A stretch of DNA of 64,000 nucleotides, from assembly GCA_023397655.1 (NCBI GenBank), contig JAEWTW010000053.1:2836-66835 (forward strand), read 5' to 3'. A program made the position numbers and the translations under genes. How positions within the stretch are numbered: position 1 is the first letter of the stretch; every line of letters starts with the position of its first letter. Below, in pieces: positions 9,377-19,017 of the stretch. Source of the stretch: Bacillota bacterium. GTDB taxonomy: Bacteria; Bacillota; Clostridia; Christensenellales; SZUA-584. The notes under the pieces were generated by a model. That model ran no database searches, was not told the DNA's origin, and saw only the letters and a list, made by a program, of their open reading frames with translations.

Positions 9377-10186
9377 ATGCAGATCACCGCCGTCATCGGC
9401 AGCTACCGCAAAGGGCGCACGTTGAAAATCGTCCAGCGCATTGAGGAGCACATGAAGCAGTTGGGCGACGTCACGTTCAACTACATCTATCTGTCGGAGG
9501 TACCGCTGGCTCGGTGCCGCGGCTGTTTCGCGTGCATCGCACGAGGCGAGGAAAAATGCCCGCTGAAGGACGGCTTTATTGATATTGAAAAGGCGCTCGC
9601 GGAATCGGACGGGGCTATTTTCGCATCACCCAACTATGCGGTGGGCGTCACCGCGCAGATGAAGCAGCTGATCGAGCGCTTTGCTTACGTCGGTCACCGC
9701 CCCAAGATTTCCGGCAAATACATGATCGCCGTGGCGACCAGCGGCGGACCGATGGGATTAAAGCAAACGCTGGACAGTCTTTGCTATTTCGAGGGCGGCG
9801 GGTTTGAGGTGGTGAGCCGTCTTGGCCTGCAGACGCCGCCCACCAAGCTGTCTCCCCGTACCGCACAAAAGCAGCAGCGGCTGATCGAAAAGAGCGCGCA
9901 GGCGCTGTTTGACGCAATATCGCAAAAGCGGCAAAGCCGCCCTACGCTGGGCAGCGTGATACAATTTGCGGCGTTTCGCGGCATGTATATGAAAAACCCC
10001 GCGCTGGGCGAGGCTGAATTCCCCGCCGACATGGCATACTGGCGGAAAATGGGCTGGCTGGACAAGAAGGCGAAATCGTTCAGCGGCGTGTACCCCGGCC
10101 CTCTCAAGCGTTTTCTGGGCTGGCTGTTCGAAAAGGTGATTGGCGCGGCGGCAAAGGGCATGAAGTCCGAACACGCCGCAGAATGA
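9377..10186 (+). CDS. Flavodoxin-fold NAD(P)H-dependent FMN reductase / iron-sulfur flavoprotein-like protein
   Basis: MQITAVIGSYRKGRT... followed by the Cys cluster CRGCFACIARGEEKCP and IFASPNYAVGV. Confidence 0.7.
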   Translation: MQITAVIGSYRKGRTLKIVQRIEEHMKQLGDVTFNYIYLSEVPLARCRGCFACIARGEEKCPLKDGFIDIEKALAESDGAIFASPNYAVGVTAQMKQLIERFAYVGHRPKISGKYMIAVATSGGPMGLKQTLDSLCYFEGGGFEVVSRLGLQTPPTKLSPRTAQKQQRLIEKSAQALFDAISQKRQSRPTLGSVIQFAAFRGMYMKNPALGEAEFPADMAYWRKMGWLDKKAKSFSGVYPGPLKRFLGWLFEKVIGAAAKGMKSEHAAE

Positions 10187-10830
10187 AAGGGATGTATACC
10201 ATGAACGCTGACAAGCTGAAAGCTGCCGAGACCGCATTCTTATCCGCCTATCCGCTTGGCTTTGAAACGCCGGAGCTTAAGGAGATGGTCAAAAAGCATC
10301 ATATGACGCGCATCACTGCCTTTGCGCAGAGCGCCCTTTCGCCCGATGCGCTGGAAGACACCGAAAAAGCCGCGGAGGATCTCGTGCGGCTGATGGGCCG
10401 TTCCACCATCGTATCGGTTTTCGAGAAAGCCAAGTTTCGCGACGCGGTGCGCAGCATGACGTACGGTGAGCGCGAGGATCTGATGGGCTTCGTCCGCGAA
10501 CTGCTTCATGGCCACGAAGCAATGGGTTTCGACGGCCTGTGCGGAATGCTCTCCCGATACGGCGCGAACAAATGGCCTGCCGTCACCGCGCCGCGCTGCT
10601 ACTATTACCCAGATACCGACCTCGTGCTCAAACCCACCACAGCCAAGAATGTGATCGCTCAATTCGAGCTTTCTGAGTTGCAGTATACGACACGGCCCAG
10701 CTTCGCGTTCTACGAAAGGTACCGTGCCGCATTGCAGGATATGCGCGCCCGCACCGCTGCACCAATGAACAGCTACGCGCTTGCGGGCTACTCCGGCTTC
10801 CTGATGATTGTGATGGGCGAACTGATGTGA
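10183..10830 (+). CDS. Hypothetical conserved protein (about 210 aa)
   Basis: ATGA overlap with the upstream stop; alternative ATG at 10201. Coding-like GC3. No family recognised. Confidence 0.55.
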   Translation: MKGMYTMNADKLKAAETAFLSAYPLGFETPELKEMVKKHHMTRITAFAQSALSPDALEDTEKAAEDLVRLMGRSTIVSVFEKAKFRDAVRSMTYGEREDLMGFVRELLHGHEAMGFDGLCGMLSRYGANKWPAVTAPRCYYYPDTDLVLKPTTAKNVIAQFELSELQYTTRPSFAFYERYRAALQDMRARTAAPMNSYALAGYSGFLMIVMGELM

Positions 10831-11339
10831 TTGCTGTACAGTTCGTCCGTTGAAAGCAACCGAACGCCTTTTTGTTCCATTTCGTCATGTAACTGACTGA
10901 CCATCTTTGCGGCGTTCTTATAGAACGTGCTGTGCGCATCGGTCACCAGCGCCACGTCATAACCGCGCTCCAGCGCCTGCAGGCAGGCATCCCTCACGCA
11001 GCCGTTGGTGATCAGACCGCAGATCAGCAGAGTTTTTATATCCCCATCCGTGAGCGTCTCTGACAAACCTGTCTCTGTAAACACACCCGGATGCTGCTTG
11101 GCGATCACAGCGTCGCCTTCGTACGGCTTCACACTGTCCACAATCCCCCAGCCCTCTGAACCGCGTTTTAAGAAGGACGCATTCTCATGCTGCATATAAA
11201 CCACCTTGACGTCATGCTCACGCGCCCACGCCGTCAGGCGCTTCAGACTGCTCAGCAACTCCGCGCTGTTATACACGGGATTCTTCAGCGTGAATATGCC
11301 TTTCTGTACATCCACCAATATCAAAGCTGTATGCAGCAT
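10788..11339 (-). CDS. Isochorismatase-family cysteine hydrolase
   Basis: ALILVDVQKG ... LLICGLITNGCVRDACLQALERGYDVALVTDAHST, with the family-typical Asp/Lys/Cys layout. Confidence 0.85.
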   Translation of the reverse strand: MLHTALILVDVQKGIFTLKNPVYNSAELLSSLKRLTAWAREHDVKVVYMQHENASFLKRGSEGWGIVDSVKPYEGDAVIAKQHPGVFTETGLSETLTDGDIKTLLICGLITNGCVRDACLQALERGYDVALVTDAHSTFYKNAAKMVSQLHDEMEQKGVRLLSTDELYSNHISSPITIIRKPE

Positions 11340-11352
11340 GTCATCACCCGCA

Positions 11353-12264
11353 TCATTCAGGCTTTTCCGGCGGTTCCGGCGGCATGGTCTCCGACGCGGC
11401 GGGCATCACTTCCTCCGGCGGTTCCTCTGACGGTGTGTACGGCGGCACATAGTCCTGACGGTATTGCTCCATCATGCGATGCCGCTCCGCCCGCCATTCC
11501 AGCTTCCTTCTCAGGCTCAGGAACAGTATCGCCCCCAGCGGTACCAGCACGTTATAAACCCGTGTGCCGTCGATATATTTCTGCAGGCTCGACAACGTCA
11601 CGTTCAGTATCCAGAAGTTGAAACGGAAGCCCGCAGGTGAAAATGCCAGTGACACGCCGGTATGCAGCAACACGATCATCACAATCCACAGCGCTTTTTT
11701 GCGCACCTTCGACTTGGCGCACGCCACAATGGCGATGATCATCAGCGCCAGCGACGCCGCGGACAGCAGAAGCATCAGCAACTGAACGACATCGAAGTTT
11801 TCAAAGCTGAAGATCGCTCCGTTGGCCTTAAAATCCTTCATGCGTATCACGTTGAAACCAATTAACTCCCATCTGTTAGCGCCCTGGATGAAGCGCGTCG
11901 ATACAACGTAACTGTCATAGTCGGTCATCACATTATAGGAGAGGTCCAGCGTGGTCGTCTGCACGCCATTATCCAGCGATTTGTTGATGTACCAGCCCGT
12001 CTTCTTGTAATCTGTCACCGTGCCTTCAATATACGCTGAGCCGGAATCCGCCATCTGTTGGATGTCATCCCCGGATATGTAGTCCTGCGACATGTACTGC
12101 GCCAGCACTTCGGTATCCCCATTTTCTACAGCGTCGAACACCATCGCCATGATTTCGTCCTGCTGCGTTGAATCCACACTGTCCACCATCGCCTGCTTAC
12201 ATCCGCCAAGCAATACCGCACATATTACGGCGGCTGCCAGAATTATGATTGCTGTCCTTTTCAT
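11353..12264 (-). CDS. Lipoprotein/membrane protein, hypothetical
   Basis: Signal peptide plus lipobox (LLGGCKQ), later TM segments, and a Pro/Glu-rich C-terminus. Confidence 0.6.
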   Translation of the reverse strand: MKRTAIIILAAAVICAVLLGGCKQAMVDSVDSTQQDEIMAMVFDAVENGDTEVLAQYMSQDYISGDDIQQMADSGSAYIEGTVTDYKKTGWYINKSLDNGVQTTTLDLSYNVMTDYDSYVVSTRFIQGANRWELIGFNVIRMKDFKANGAIFSFENFDVVQLLMLLLSAASLALMIIAIVACAKSKVRKKALWIVMIVLLHTGVSLAFSPAGFRFNFWILNVTLSSLQKYIDGTRVYNVLVPLGAILFLSLRRKLEWRAERHRMMEQYRQDYVPPYTPSEEPPEEVMPAASETMPPEPPEKPE

Positions 12265-12342
12265 AATGCCTCCTCACCTGAATTCAATAATGATGAAAAT
12301 TCCTCATATTCAACTCGATAGCCTTTTTCGCGGAGTCAGCCT

Positions 12343-12690
12343 CTACTCCCATGAGAACAACAAAACGTTATTCTTGATGCCCGCCTTCGCATCGCCCCCG
12401 TTGCAGCCTCGGGCCACTTCCTCCATGTAGATAGCCGTCACCGCCGCGCGCTTGTCTGCGTCCTCCGGCAGCGCCGCCGCCAGTGTATCGGTATACGGGC
12501 CGCCGTCGGTAAACAGCCGCGAATCATCCACATCAATCACGCTGACCTTCTTCGCCCCCACGCCGTACAGCCGAAGCACGAACTCCAGCGCTTCCGCGGT
12601 GCTTTCAAATCGGCTGGACGCGACAGCACACGGGTTGAAGTTGGTTTCCAGCCAATCCACCGCTTCCTCGTGCATGAATTCCTCGTACAT
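12343..12690 (-). CDS. Hypothetical protein, 115 aa
   Basis: Start moved to MYEEFMHEE (ATG 12690) with GGGAGG upstream. The upstream part of the track ORF is R/G-rich and looks non-coding in that frame. Confidence 0.5.
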   Translation of the reverse strand: MYEEFMHEEAVDWLETNFNPCAVASSRFESTAEALEFVLRLYGVGAKKVSVIDVDDSRLFTDGGPYTDTLAAALPEDADKRAAVTAIYMEEVARGCNGGDAKAGIKNNVLLFSWE

Positions 12691-12706
12691 CACATACCTC
12701 CCGCCG

Positions 12707-12874
12707 TTACCGGCCCGTATCCTTCCAGTTCCACCATTTGAGCTTCTCCAGCTCCCGGCCGCCCTCCGCGAAGTATACCGCCAACCGGTAGACATACAGC
12801 ACGCACCGGTCCAGCGCCGCCGTGTCGATACGTTTGACAATGTTAATACTCGGTCGTCCCTTGCCTTGCGTCAT
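12707..12874 (-). CDS. Small ORF, 55 aa (below the ORF-track cutoff)
   Basis: Own translation: MTQGKGRPSINIVKRIDTAALDRCVLYVYRLAVYFAEGGRELEKLKWWNWKDTGR*. High GC3. Its stop is 16 nt before the start of the next gene. Confidence 0.4.
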   Translation of the reverse strand: MTQGKGRPSINIVKRIDTAALDRCVLYVYRLAVYFAEGGRELEKLKWWNWKDTGR

Positions 12875-12902
12875 GTATCTTTTCCCACTCAGCAGTCACT
12901 CG

Positions 12903-13742
12903 TTATAGGCTCCGCTGCGCCAATCCCGTGCCGATGCGGGCGATTTCCTCCAGTACAGCACACCGCCGTCCGACCGCATCCATGTACTCCACCACGCTTA
13001 GCCCCGCAATCTCAAACGCATCGCTCAAGCTTTGCAACAGAAGCACCAGAACGTCAGGGTCCAGCCCGCCTGCGACAGGCAGCGGCACATACGCAAACGC
13101 CGACGGTTCCAGCACGTCGAGGTCAATGTGGACATAGATATGAGAATTCCCCTTTTCGCGGAACGCATTCACTATCGTCTGCGGATCGCGCAATGCATCC
13201 GGCGTCAGCATGTCGATGCGGCTTTCGGCGATATACTCCTGCTCCGGCTCATCCAAATCGCGCGTACCCGCCAGCATGATCTGCGAGGGGGCTAGCGGTG
13301 CGTCCAGCAGCTTGAGCAGCTTGTCATCCCCTTCCCCCAGCAGCAGGCGCAGCGGCATGCCGTGGAACAGGCCGCTCGGCGACGACTCCGGCGTGTTCAG
13401 ATCGCCGTGGGCGTCCAGCCACAACACCGTCAGTCTGCCGTCCAGCCTCGAGTTCAGATACGACACGGCAGGAGCACTCACGTCGCAGCCACCGCCCACC
13501 ATGAACAGCGTGTCGGGCTGCTCACGCTTCAGCAGACCGCAAACGTATTCAGTCTGCTTCAGTATATCTGAATAGCCGAATATGCCGTGCTCCGATACTG
13601 CATGATCCCGGCTGACAGCTATCTCTTCCACGTCCTCACCGGCAAGGTACAGTTCCCTGAACTCCATTGCTCCGCCGTACGTGGACATATCTCCGCCGCC
13701 CTGCCACTGCGGGTATATGAGGTTGATATGTTTATTCAGCAT
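12903..13742 (-). CDS. Arginase/agmatinase/formiminoglutamase-family (ureohydrolase fold) protein
   Basis: WLDAHGDLNTPE and HIDLDVLEP motifs are present. The first motif reads GGGCDVS instead of the canonical GGDHS. Start moved to MLNKHINLIY (13742). Confidence 0.75.
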   Translation of the reverse strand: MLNKHINLIYPQWQGGGDMSTYGGAMEFRELYLAGEDVEEIAVSRDHAVSEHGIFGYSDILKQTEYVCGLLKREQPDTLFMVGGGCDVSAPAVSYLNSRLDGRLTVLWLDAHGDLNTPESSPSGLFHGMPLRLLLGEGDDKLLKLLDAPLAPSQIMLAGTRDLDEPEQEYIAESRIDMLTPDALRDPQTIVNAFREKGNSHIYVHIDLDVLEPSAFAYVPLPVAGGLDPDVLVLLLQSLSDAFEIAGLSVVEYMDAVGRRCAVLEEIARIGTGLAQRSL

Positions 13743-13747
13743 TACCC

Positions 13748-14500
13748 TTACACAGCGACCAACTCGACGCGGTTGCCGTCCGGGTCCGCAACCACCGCTT
13801 CGTAATAGCCGTCGCCGGTGCGCCTTGCGGGCGAGAGGCATGCGTACCCATCCTCTGTGATGCGCGCCAGCAGCTCATGCACACCCGCTTCGCCAGGCAC
13901 GCTGAAAGCGATGTGCGACATGCCGGTGCAGGGCTGCGGCGTACCCTCGGGTACATCGTCCTGCTGCATGATCTCCAGCCGCGCGCCGCCGCCGAACGCG
14001 ATGAAATACGACCGGAACACCGCACCGGACGGCCTTTTGGCCGTGTACATATCATTGGCCGTGCCACCGAACCAGCGCACGTAAAAATCTTTCATCTCCT
14101 CGATGCGTTGCGTCCAAAGCGCCGCGTGCTCCATCATCACGGGCCGCTGTTTGGCGACTCGCTTCCCGCCGAACGCGTGCACCGACCTTGTGCCCGCTGT
14201 ACAACGCCCCCACTGCTCCGTGCCCGCGGGGACCACCACTTCGTCGCCGGGCCGCAACACGCGCTCGCCCACCGCCGTACACATCGTATATTCCCCCTCG
14301 ATGATCAGCGTCCATTCGTCAAACGGATGCGTATGCGGCTTGGATTCGCGCGCTTCATGGCATGTCCAGAACGCCATCTGCCCAGCCGCCCCTTCGAAAG
14401 CGTAGCCCTCCACGTCTGCGGTGTTTTGCTGTGTTGCGTCCACACGGTCCGCCGGGTTCTTCATGAAATCCGGAAAATCGCTCATGCTCTCCCCTTTCAT
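13748..14500 (-). CDS. Cupin domain fused to a VOC (glyoxalase/bleomycin-resistance) domain
   Basis: N-terminal half is cupin-like (PHTHPFDEWTLIIEGEY...PGDEVVVPAG). C-terminal half is VOC-like (HAALWT...GMSHIAFSV...DPDGNRVELV). Confidence 0.7.
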   Translation of the reverse strand: MKGESMSDFPDFMKNPADRVDATQQNTADVEGYAFEGAAGQMAFWTCHEARESKPHTHPFDEWTLIIEGEYTMCTAVGERVLRPGDEVVVPAGTEQWGRCTAGTRSVHAFGGKRVAKQRPVMMEHAALWTQRIEEMKDFYVRWFGGTANDMYTAKRPSGAVFRSYFIAFGGGARLEIMQQDDVPEGTPQPCTGMSHIAFSVPGEAGVHELLARITEDGYACLSPARRTGDGYYEAVVADPDGNRVELVAV

Positions 14501-14692
14501 GTATCTGTGTCCGCCATATTATACCACGCAACGTGGTTGTTGTTCCAGTCCGCCTCTGTCCTTTGGTATGATAATGTCATATAATTCTTGCATATGATGT
14601 CAGAAATCCCCCTCTTCGGTTGAATAGATAGGTGAGATGTCTCAAAACGCCCCGCTATTCGGGGCCGCATTAATCACGAAAGAGGCGATGGT

Positions 14693-15244
14693 TTGGAGAA
14701 CTCGATATTGCTGCTGAACACAAACCCGGAAAAGGGCATGGAGTTGGTGGTGCGCACGTACTCCGGCTACGTATACGCCATATGCCGTGCACGGCTGACG
14801 GGCGTCTATCCGCCGCAGGAGATAGAGGAATGCGCGGCAGAGGTGTTCGCGGAGGTGTACCGGTGCCGCGAACGGCTGGACGAGCAGAAGGGCTCGCTCA
14901 AGGCGTTCATCTGCACCGTCGCACGGAACCGCGCTTCCAACGCTTACCGGGCCGCTATACGCAGGCAGCCCTGCGTCAGTCTGGACGATGCCCGCCTGCC
15001 CGAAACCACCGACGATGCAGAAGACAGCCTATTGGCGGCGGAGACAACGGACGAGCTGATCAGCGCCATACGCAGCCTCGGCCAGCCGGACAGCGAAATA
15101 TTCATCCGCAAGTATTATTTCGGGCAAAGCACAAGAGAGATCGCCAAAGCTTTGGAGCTGAAGGAAAACACGGTGGACAAGCGCGTGTCCCGCGGCTGTG
15201 CCAAGCTCCGCAGCCTGATGAAAGGAGTTTTATACGATGAATAA
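14693..15244 (+). CDS. ECF-type RNA polymerase sigma-70 factor
   Basis: Region 2 (LVVRTYSGYVYAICRARL) and region 4 HTH (STREIAKALELKENTVDKRVSRG). TTG start with AAAGAGG upstream. Confidence 0.85.
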   Translation: MENSILLLNTNPEKGMELVVRTYSGYVYAICRARLTGVYPPQEIEECAAEVFAEVYRCRERLDEQKGSLKAFICTVARNRASNAYRAAIRRQPCVSLDDARLPETTDDAEDSLLAAETTDELISAIRSLGQPDSEIFIRKYYFGQSTREIAKALELKENTVDKRVSRGCAKLRSLMKGVLYDE

Positions 15245-16670
15245 TATCATCAAAATATTGGACAGTTTGAATGTCCGGCAGTCGGAACAATTGCTGGAAC
15301 GTGTCAGCATGGAGCCCGCGCCTGCTTCAATACAGCGGCGGCTGATGCGCAAAGCCTGCGCTAAAACCGGCCTTCGGAACAGGGCCGCGCGTCCGTTTTG
15401 GCTTATCCCCGTAGCGGCGGTGTTGCTTGCGGGCGCGGCTGTGGCGTCCATACCGGATGCGCGCGCGGCGGTAGCGCTGTTCTTCGACCGGCTGTTTCGC
15501 ATCGAGAATTATATGTCGGAGGATAAAGAGGACAGAACACAGATCGCAGAGATCGAATCGCTCATCCAAACCCCGCTTCCGGCACAAACTCTGCCCGAGG
15601 GGAACACTCAGCAGGCAGTGTTTTCCGACATCAGCCCCGACGCGCCGTTTATGAACGACATCGGCGTTGAAGTGACGGAGACGTTGTACGACGGCGAGAA
15701 GCTTATCATCGGCGCGACAGTCACCGGCGATTTCGGCTTCCTATTGGACAAGGATATGTTTCTGTCGCAGGAATACAGCATCAGTCCGAGCTGCGATCTC
15801 TGGCTGACGGATGCTGACGGGTATAATCAGTTCTTGCTGGCCACCGCGAATCTGATACCGCCGGGCGGGTTTACAGGCGTTCCGTATCAAGGTCCTGAAC
15901 CTGACAGTCTGCGGCTGACGATCACGACCGAGCCGGATATTGACGCCAGCGGGCGCACGCCCGACTTCCTCACATTGAAAGGCATGCAGGACGTCCGTTT
16001 AGAGCTCCGGTTCGCGAAGTTCATACCGGAAGATGAGAACACCGACCGTGCTGAGGCTATCGGCAGCTGCACCATTAGCTACGCTTTCGACGCAACCGCG
16101 GGCAGTAAGAGCATGAAATCGGTGTCTCCGGACCAGACCGTTGAGCTGTCCGGGAACGCACTCGTCACCGAGATGAAAACAGACGGCAGCGACATGCTCG
16201 TTAAAAACACTGAACTGCCATTGGGCGGCAGTATTGTGAAGGTGTCCACGGTGAATGTCAAGCCCACCGGCATCACCCTGAAGCTGCTGTATCGCGCTCC
16301 GTACGGCTGGACGACGCTTCAGCAGGAATCCTTTCTGCGCGGCGAAGGCACCAGCCTTTCGTTCAGGCTTCTCGTCAACGGTGAAGATACCGGAAACTTC
16401 ACGTCCAGCAGCGGGTGGTACGACGAAACCTGGCGCTATGCCCTAATCGAGATACCGCTGACAGGCGGTAAGCAGCCCGCTATTGAAACGCTGGAGGTGC
16501 TGCCGGTGGTGTACCACCTCACCAAGGTGAACGGCATCGCTGTTACAGGTGACGAACAGCGCATCCCCATCCAAACGCTGGTCAATGGGCATGTCACGGA
16601 GAGCGGTTGGTCACAAGGAGAAGACTACACAGCACTCACATGGAACCAGTTCAGTATCGATTTGCCGTAG
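15237..16670 (+). CDS. Putative anti-sigma factor, single-pass membrane protein with a large extracytoplasmic domain
   Basis: 8-nt overlap with the sigma gene. Short cytoplasmic N-terminus, one TM (FWLIPVAAVLLAGAAVASI), then about 390 aa outside. Confidence 0.65.
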   Translation: MNNIIKILDSLNVRQSEQLLERVSMEPAPASIQRRLMRKACAKTGLRNRAARPFWLIPVAAVLLAGAAVASIPDARAAVALFFDRLFRIENYMSEDKEDRTQIAEIESLIQTPLPAQTLPEGNTQQAVFSDISPDAPFMNDIGVEVTETLYDGEKLIIGATVTGDFGFLLDKDMFLSQEYSISPSCDLWLTDADGYNQFLLATANLIPPGGFTGVPYQGPEPDSLRLTITTEPDIDASGRTPDFLTLKGMQDVRLELRFAKFIPEDENTDRAEAIGSCTISYAFDATAGSKSMKSVSPDQTVELSGNALVTEMKTDGSDMLVKNTELPLGGSIVKVSTVNVKPTGITLKLLYRAPYGWTTLQQESFLRGEGTSLSFRLLVNGEDTGNFTSSSGWYDETWRYALIEIPLTGGKQPAIETLEVLPVVYHLTKVNGIAVTGDEQRIPIQTLVNGHVTESGWSQGEDYTALTWNQFSIDLP

Positions 16671-16699
16671 ACCCAACAGAACAACAGGCACATAAACAA

Positions 16700-16725
16700 G
16701 GGGCGGTTCCCAAGGCCGCCCCTTT
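16700..16725. terminator. Hairpin GGGGCGG-N9-CCGCCCC between convergent genes
   Basis: 7-bp GC stem read directly, followed by TTT. Confidence 0.55.
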
Positions 16726-16742
16726 ACCATTATTCCAAAGCT

Positions 16743-17351
16743 TCAGGTGTTAGTGTGCGTCTCCGGCATGAACCAGTAAGAATGGAAGCCGGGAAGTTGC
16801 GTGAGTGCGCTCTTGGGCACTTGCCGCGCCGCGTTGAAGGCATTCAGGAAATCACCCACGCCCAGCGTCAAACCGGTAAGCCCGAACGTGAACAGTATGG
16901 CACCCCCTATTCCGTCCGGCACGGCCAACCATATCAGCATGGGCAGCAGCCCCAGCACCGCAGCGGGCAGCAGAGAAAGCCCGATGAACCGCCGCTTGCT
17001 TACCGGATATATGGAATGAACAAATGCCATCAGGTGCTTTGGTGAAACATACATCTCTACCACTGCCTCTGCAGGGAAACAGACCGCGTGCAACAGCTCG
17101 TGCGGCAGCGCTGCGGCCAGCGCCAGCAGCAGGCCCCACAGGCTGATCGGCAGCACCCAAACGCCGGTGATCAGCGACTTTATGTACACCAGCAGCAGCG
17201 CCAGCACAACAACAGGCATCACCCATGCGCATGACTTTATGGACACCTCTGCCGGCGTCTTGGGCTCCTTGAACGGCACCGCGTCCGGCGGCAGCTCACC
17301 CTTGGGCAATTGCTCCTCGCCTTTGTATATCCCCTTCCATACCAGCTTCAT
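16743..17351 (-). CDS. DUF3267-like membrane zincin (HExxH) protein
   Basis: LPHELLHAVCFP motif plus 4-5 TM segments. ATG 17351 overlaps the stop of the DJ-1 gene (ATGA at 17348-17351). Confidence 0.7.
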   Translation of the reverse strand: MKLVWKGIYKGEEQLPKGELPPDAVPFKEPKTPAEVSIKSCAWVMPVVVLALLLVYIKSLITGVWVLPISLWGLLLALAAALPHELLHAVCFPAEAVVEMYVSPKHLMAFVHSIYPVSKRRFIGLSLLPAAVLGLLPMLIWLAVPDGIGGAILFTFGLTGLTLGVGDFLNAFNAARQVPKSALTQLPGFHSYWFMPETHTNT

Positions 17352-17929
17352 TCCGTCTCTCCCGTTGGCTGATAATACGGATAGTCCATCTGCTTCTGCA
17401 CTGCTTCGCGCGCAGCCCGCCCCGCCAGCTTTTCGCACAGATACAGCCCGAGATCCACGGCGGAGGTAACGCCCCGCGCCGTGATGAGCTGTCCGTCCTC
17501 TGTGACACGCTCATCCGTGGCCGTTGCGCCGAACCGTGGCAGGTATTCCGTCATCGACGGGTGCGTCGAGGCCGTCTTGCCTGCAAGCTGTCCTGCCGCG
17601 CCCCACAGCAGCGCGCCGCCGCACACCGCCACCTTCAGTGCGTCCGTCCGAACACCGCGCAGCCAACCGATAAAGCCGGAGTCCTTCAGCAGCGCCGTGA
17701 TACCGTTGCCGCCCGGCAAAAACACCGCATCGTATCCGCCAATGTCGGGATACACGGCATCCGCCTTGATTTCCAGACCCTCGAATGAAGTTACCGTAGC
17801 GTCAGGCGCACACACGTCGTACTCCAGACCCTTTATAAGCCCCATCGTCTTGAGCCGCGTCACCGCGTCGTACACGCCCGCGAAGTCCAGCAGAGTCACG
17901 CCGTCGTACACCACAAAAGCGAATTTCAT
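17348..17929 (-). CDS. DJ-1/PfpI family protein
   Basis: MKFAFVVYDGVTLLDFAGVYD ... nucleophile elbow VAVCGGALLWG. Confidence 0.85.
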   Translation of the reverse strand: MKFAFVVYDGVTLLDFAGVYDAVTRLKTMGLIKGLEYDVCAPDATVTSFEGLEIKADAVYPDIGGYDAVFLPGGNGITALLKDSGFIGWLRGVRTDALKVAVCGGALLWGAAGQLAGKTASTHPSMTEYLPRFGATATDERVTEDGQLITARGVTSAVDLGLYLCEKLAGRAAREAVQKQMDYPYYQPTGETE

Positions 17930-17961
17930 AACATTATCCTTCTTTCAGGTTGCTTGTCCTC

Positions 17962-18771
17962 TTATTCCCGCATCTCGCACACCAGTTTGTCGCGTACAAT
18001 CTCCCAGCCGTTCACACGCAATTCCTCATCCGTCAGGCTTATCTCCGTCTTCAGCGTTATTTCATCCTGCAGGAAGTCGATCACGTCGTAACGGCCGCTG
18101 GGGTTGAGTCCGCGGATTTTGAGCGTATCAAAAAGGCTTCTGTCCGCTCGTTCGATGATCGGTATCAATTCACCCGGCGATTCCCACCGTGCCGTTACCG
18201 CCACCCTGTTGGATTCCTGTATTAAGCCCTCCAGCCCGTGCGCCTGCGCCAGCCCCTGTCTGACCGGACCCATATCGCTGAGCACGGCGGTGACCTCCGC
18301 GCTCTTCATTGATGCCAGCCGCTGCTTCCATGTGTCCGCCAGTTCGTCCAGTATATACACTTTTGGCACAAGAACACTGTTGAAGCAGCGGGCAACCACA
18401 CGCGCAGCTTTGGGTGTGTTGCGTTTATACATTGAGACCATCAGCCCGGTGTTCACGTCGATCAGGAAATAGGTGAACTGTGCCAGTCGAAAACGGCCGG
18501 CTTCCACAGGCCGGTCGGTATGCGCATCCAGCACCAGTATGGTGGCGTCCATATCCGCGGCGGCGCTGACGATACCGAACAGATAAGTGTTGTTATAGCT
18601 CAGGAAACGAACGCTCGCATTCTCCGCTTCCACGAATACCGGTGCCATGAATTCGTCCGTAAACAGCAGCTTGTTCTCCAGATCCGTCTTGAAGTCTACG
18701 GTCGTAGAAAGCATGTCGTCCTCAATATAGATGCGGTGGCGGCACACCGCTCTTACGGAATCCCTGCCCAT
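17962..18771 (-). CDS. Hypothetical protein (269 aa; alternative start 18714)
   Basis: Long high-GC3 ORF. No recognisable motif. Confidence 0.55.
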   Translation of the reverse strand: MGRDSVRAVCRHRIYIEDDMLSTTVDFKTDLENKLLFTDEFMAPVFVEAENASVRFLSYNNTYLFGIVSAAADMDATILVLDAHTDRPVEAGRFRLAQFTYFLIDVNTGLMVSMYKRNTPKAARVVARCFNSVLVPKVYILDELADTWKQRLASMKSAEVTAVLSDMGPVRQGLAQAHGLEGLIQESNRVAVTARWESPGELIPIIERADRSLFDTLKIRGLNPSGRYDVIDFLQDEITLKTEISLTDEELRVNGWEIVRDKLVCEMRE

Positions 18772-19017
18772 TACCCCTCCGCCGTTTTTTGACTGTTTAT
18801 AATTATATTATACACCTATGGCATATTAAGACAACAGCCTGAGCAGGCAGATAAGCAAAAAAGAGGCCTGTACTGGTTTTTATCGTTCAGGCTAACGCCA
18901 AGTCGTTCAGCTCCCTAACTGTACCCGTCTCAAATAGCCGGGCAAACATCGTGATTGTGGTTTGCATATAATAAGATGATATCACTATCACCATTAAGAC
19001 GAAAGGAAGTGCAGAAT

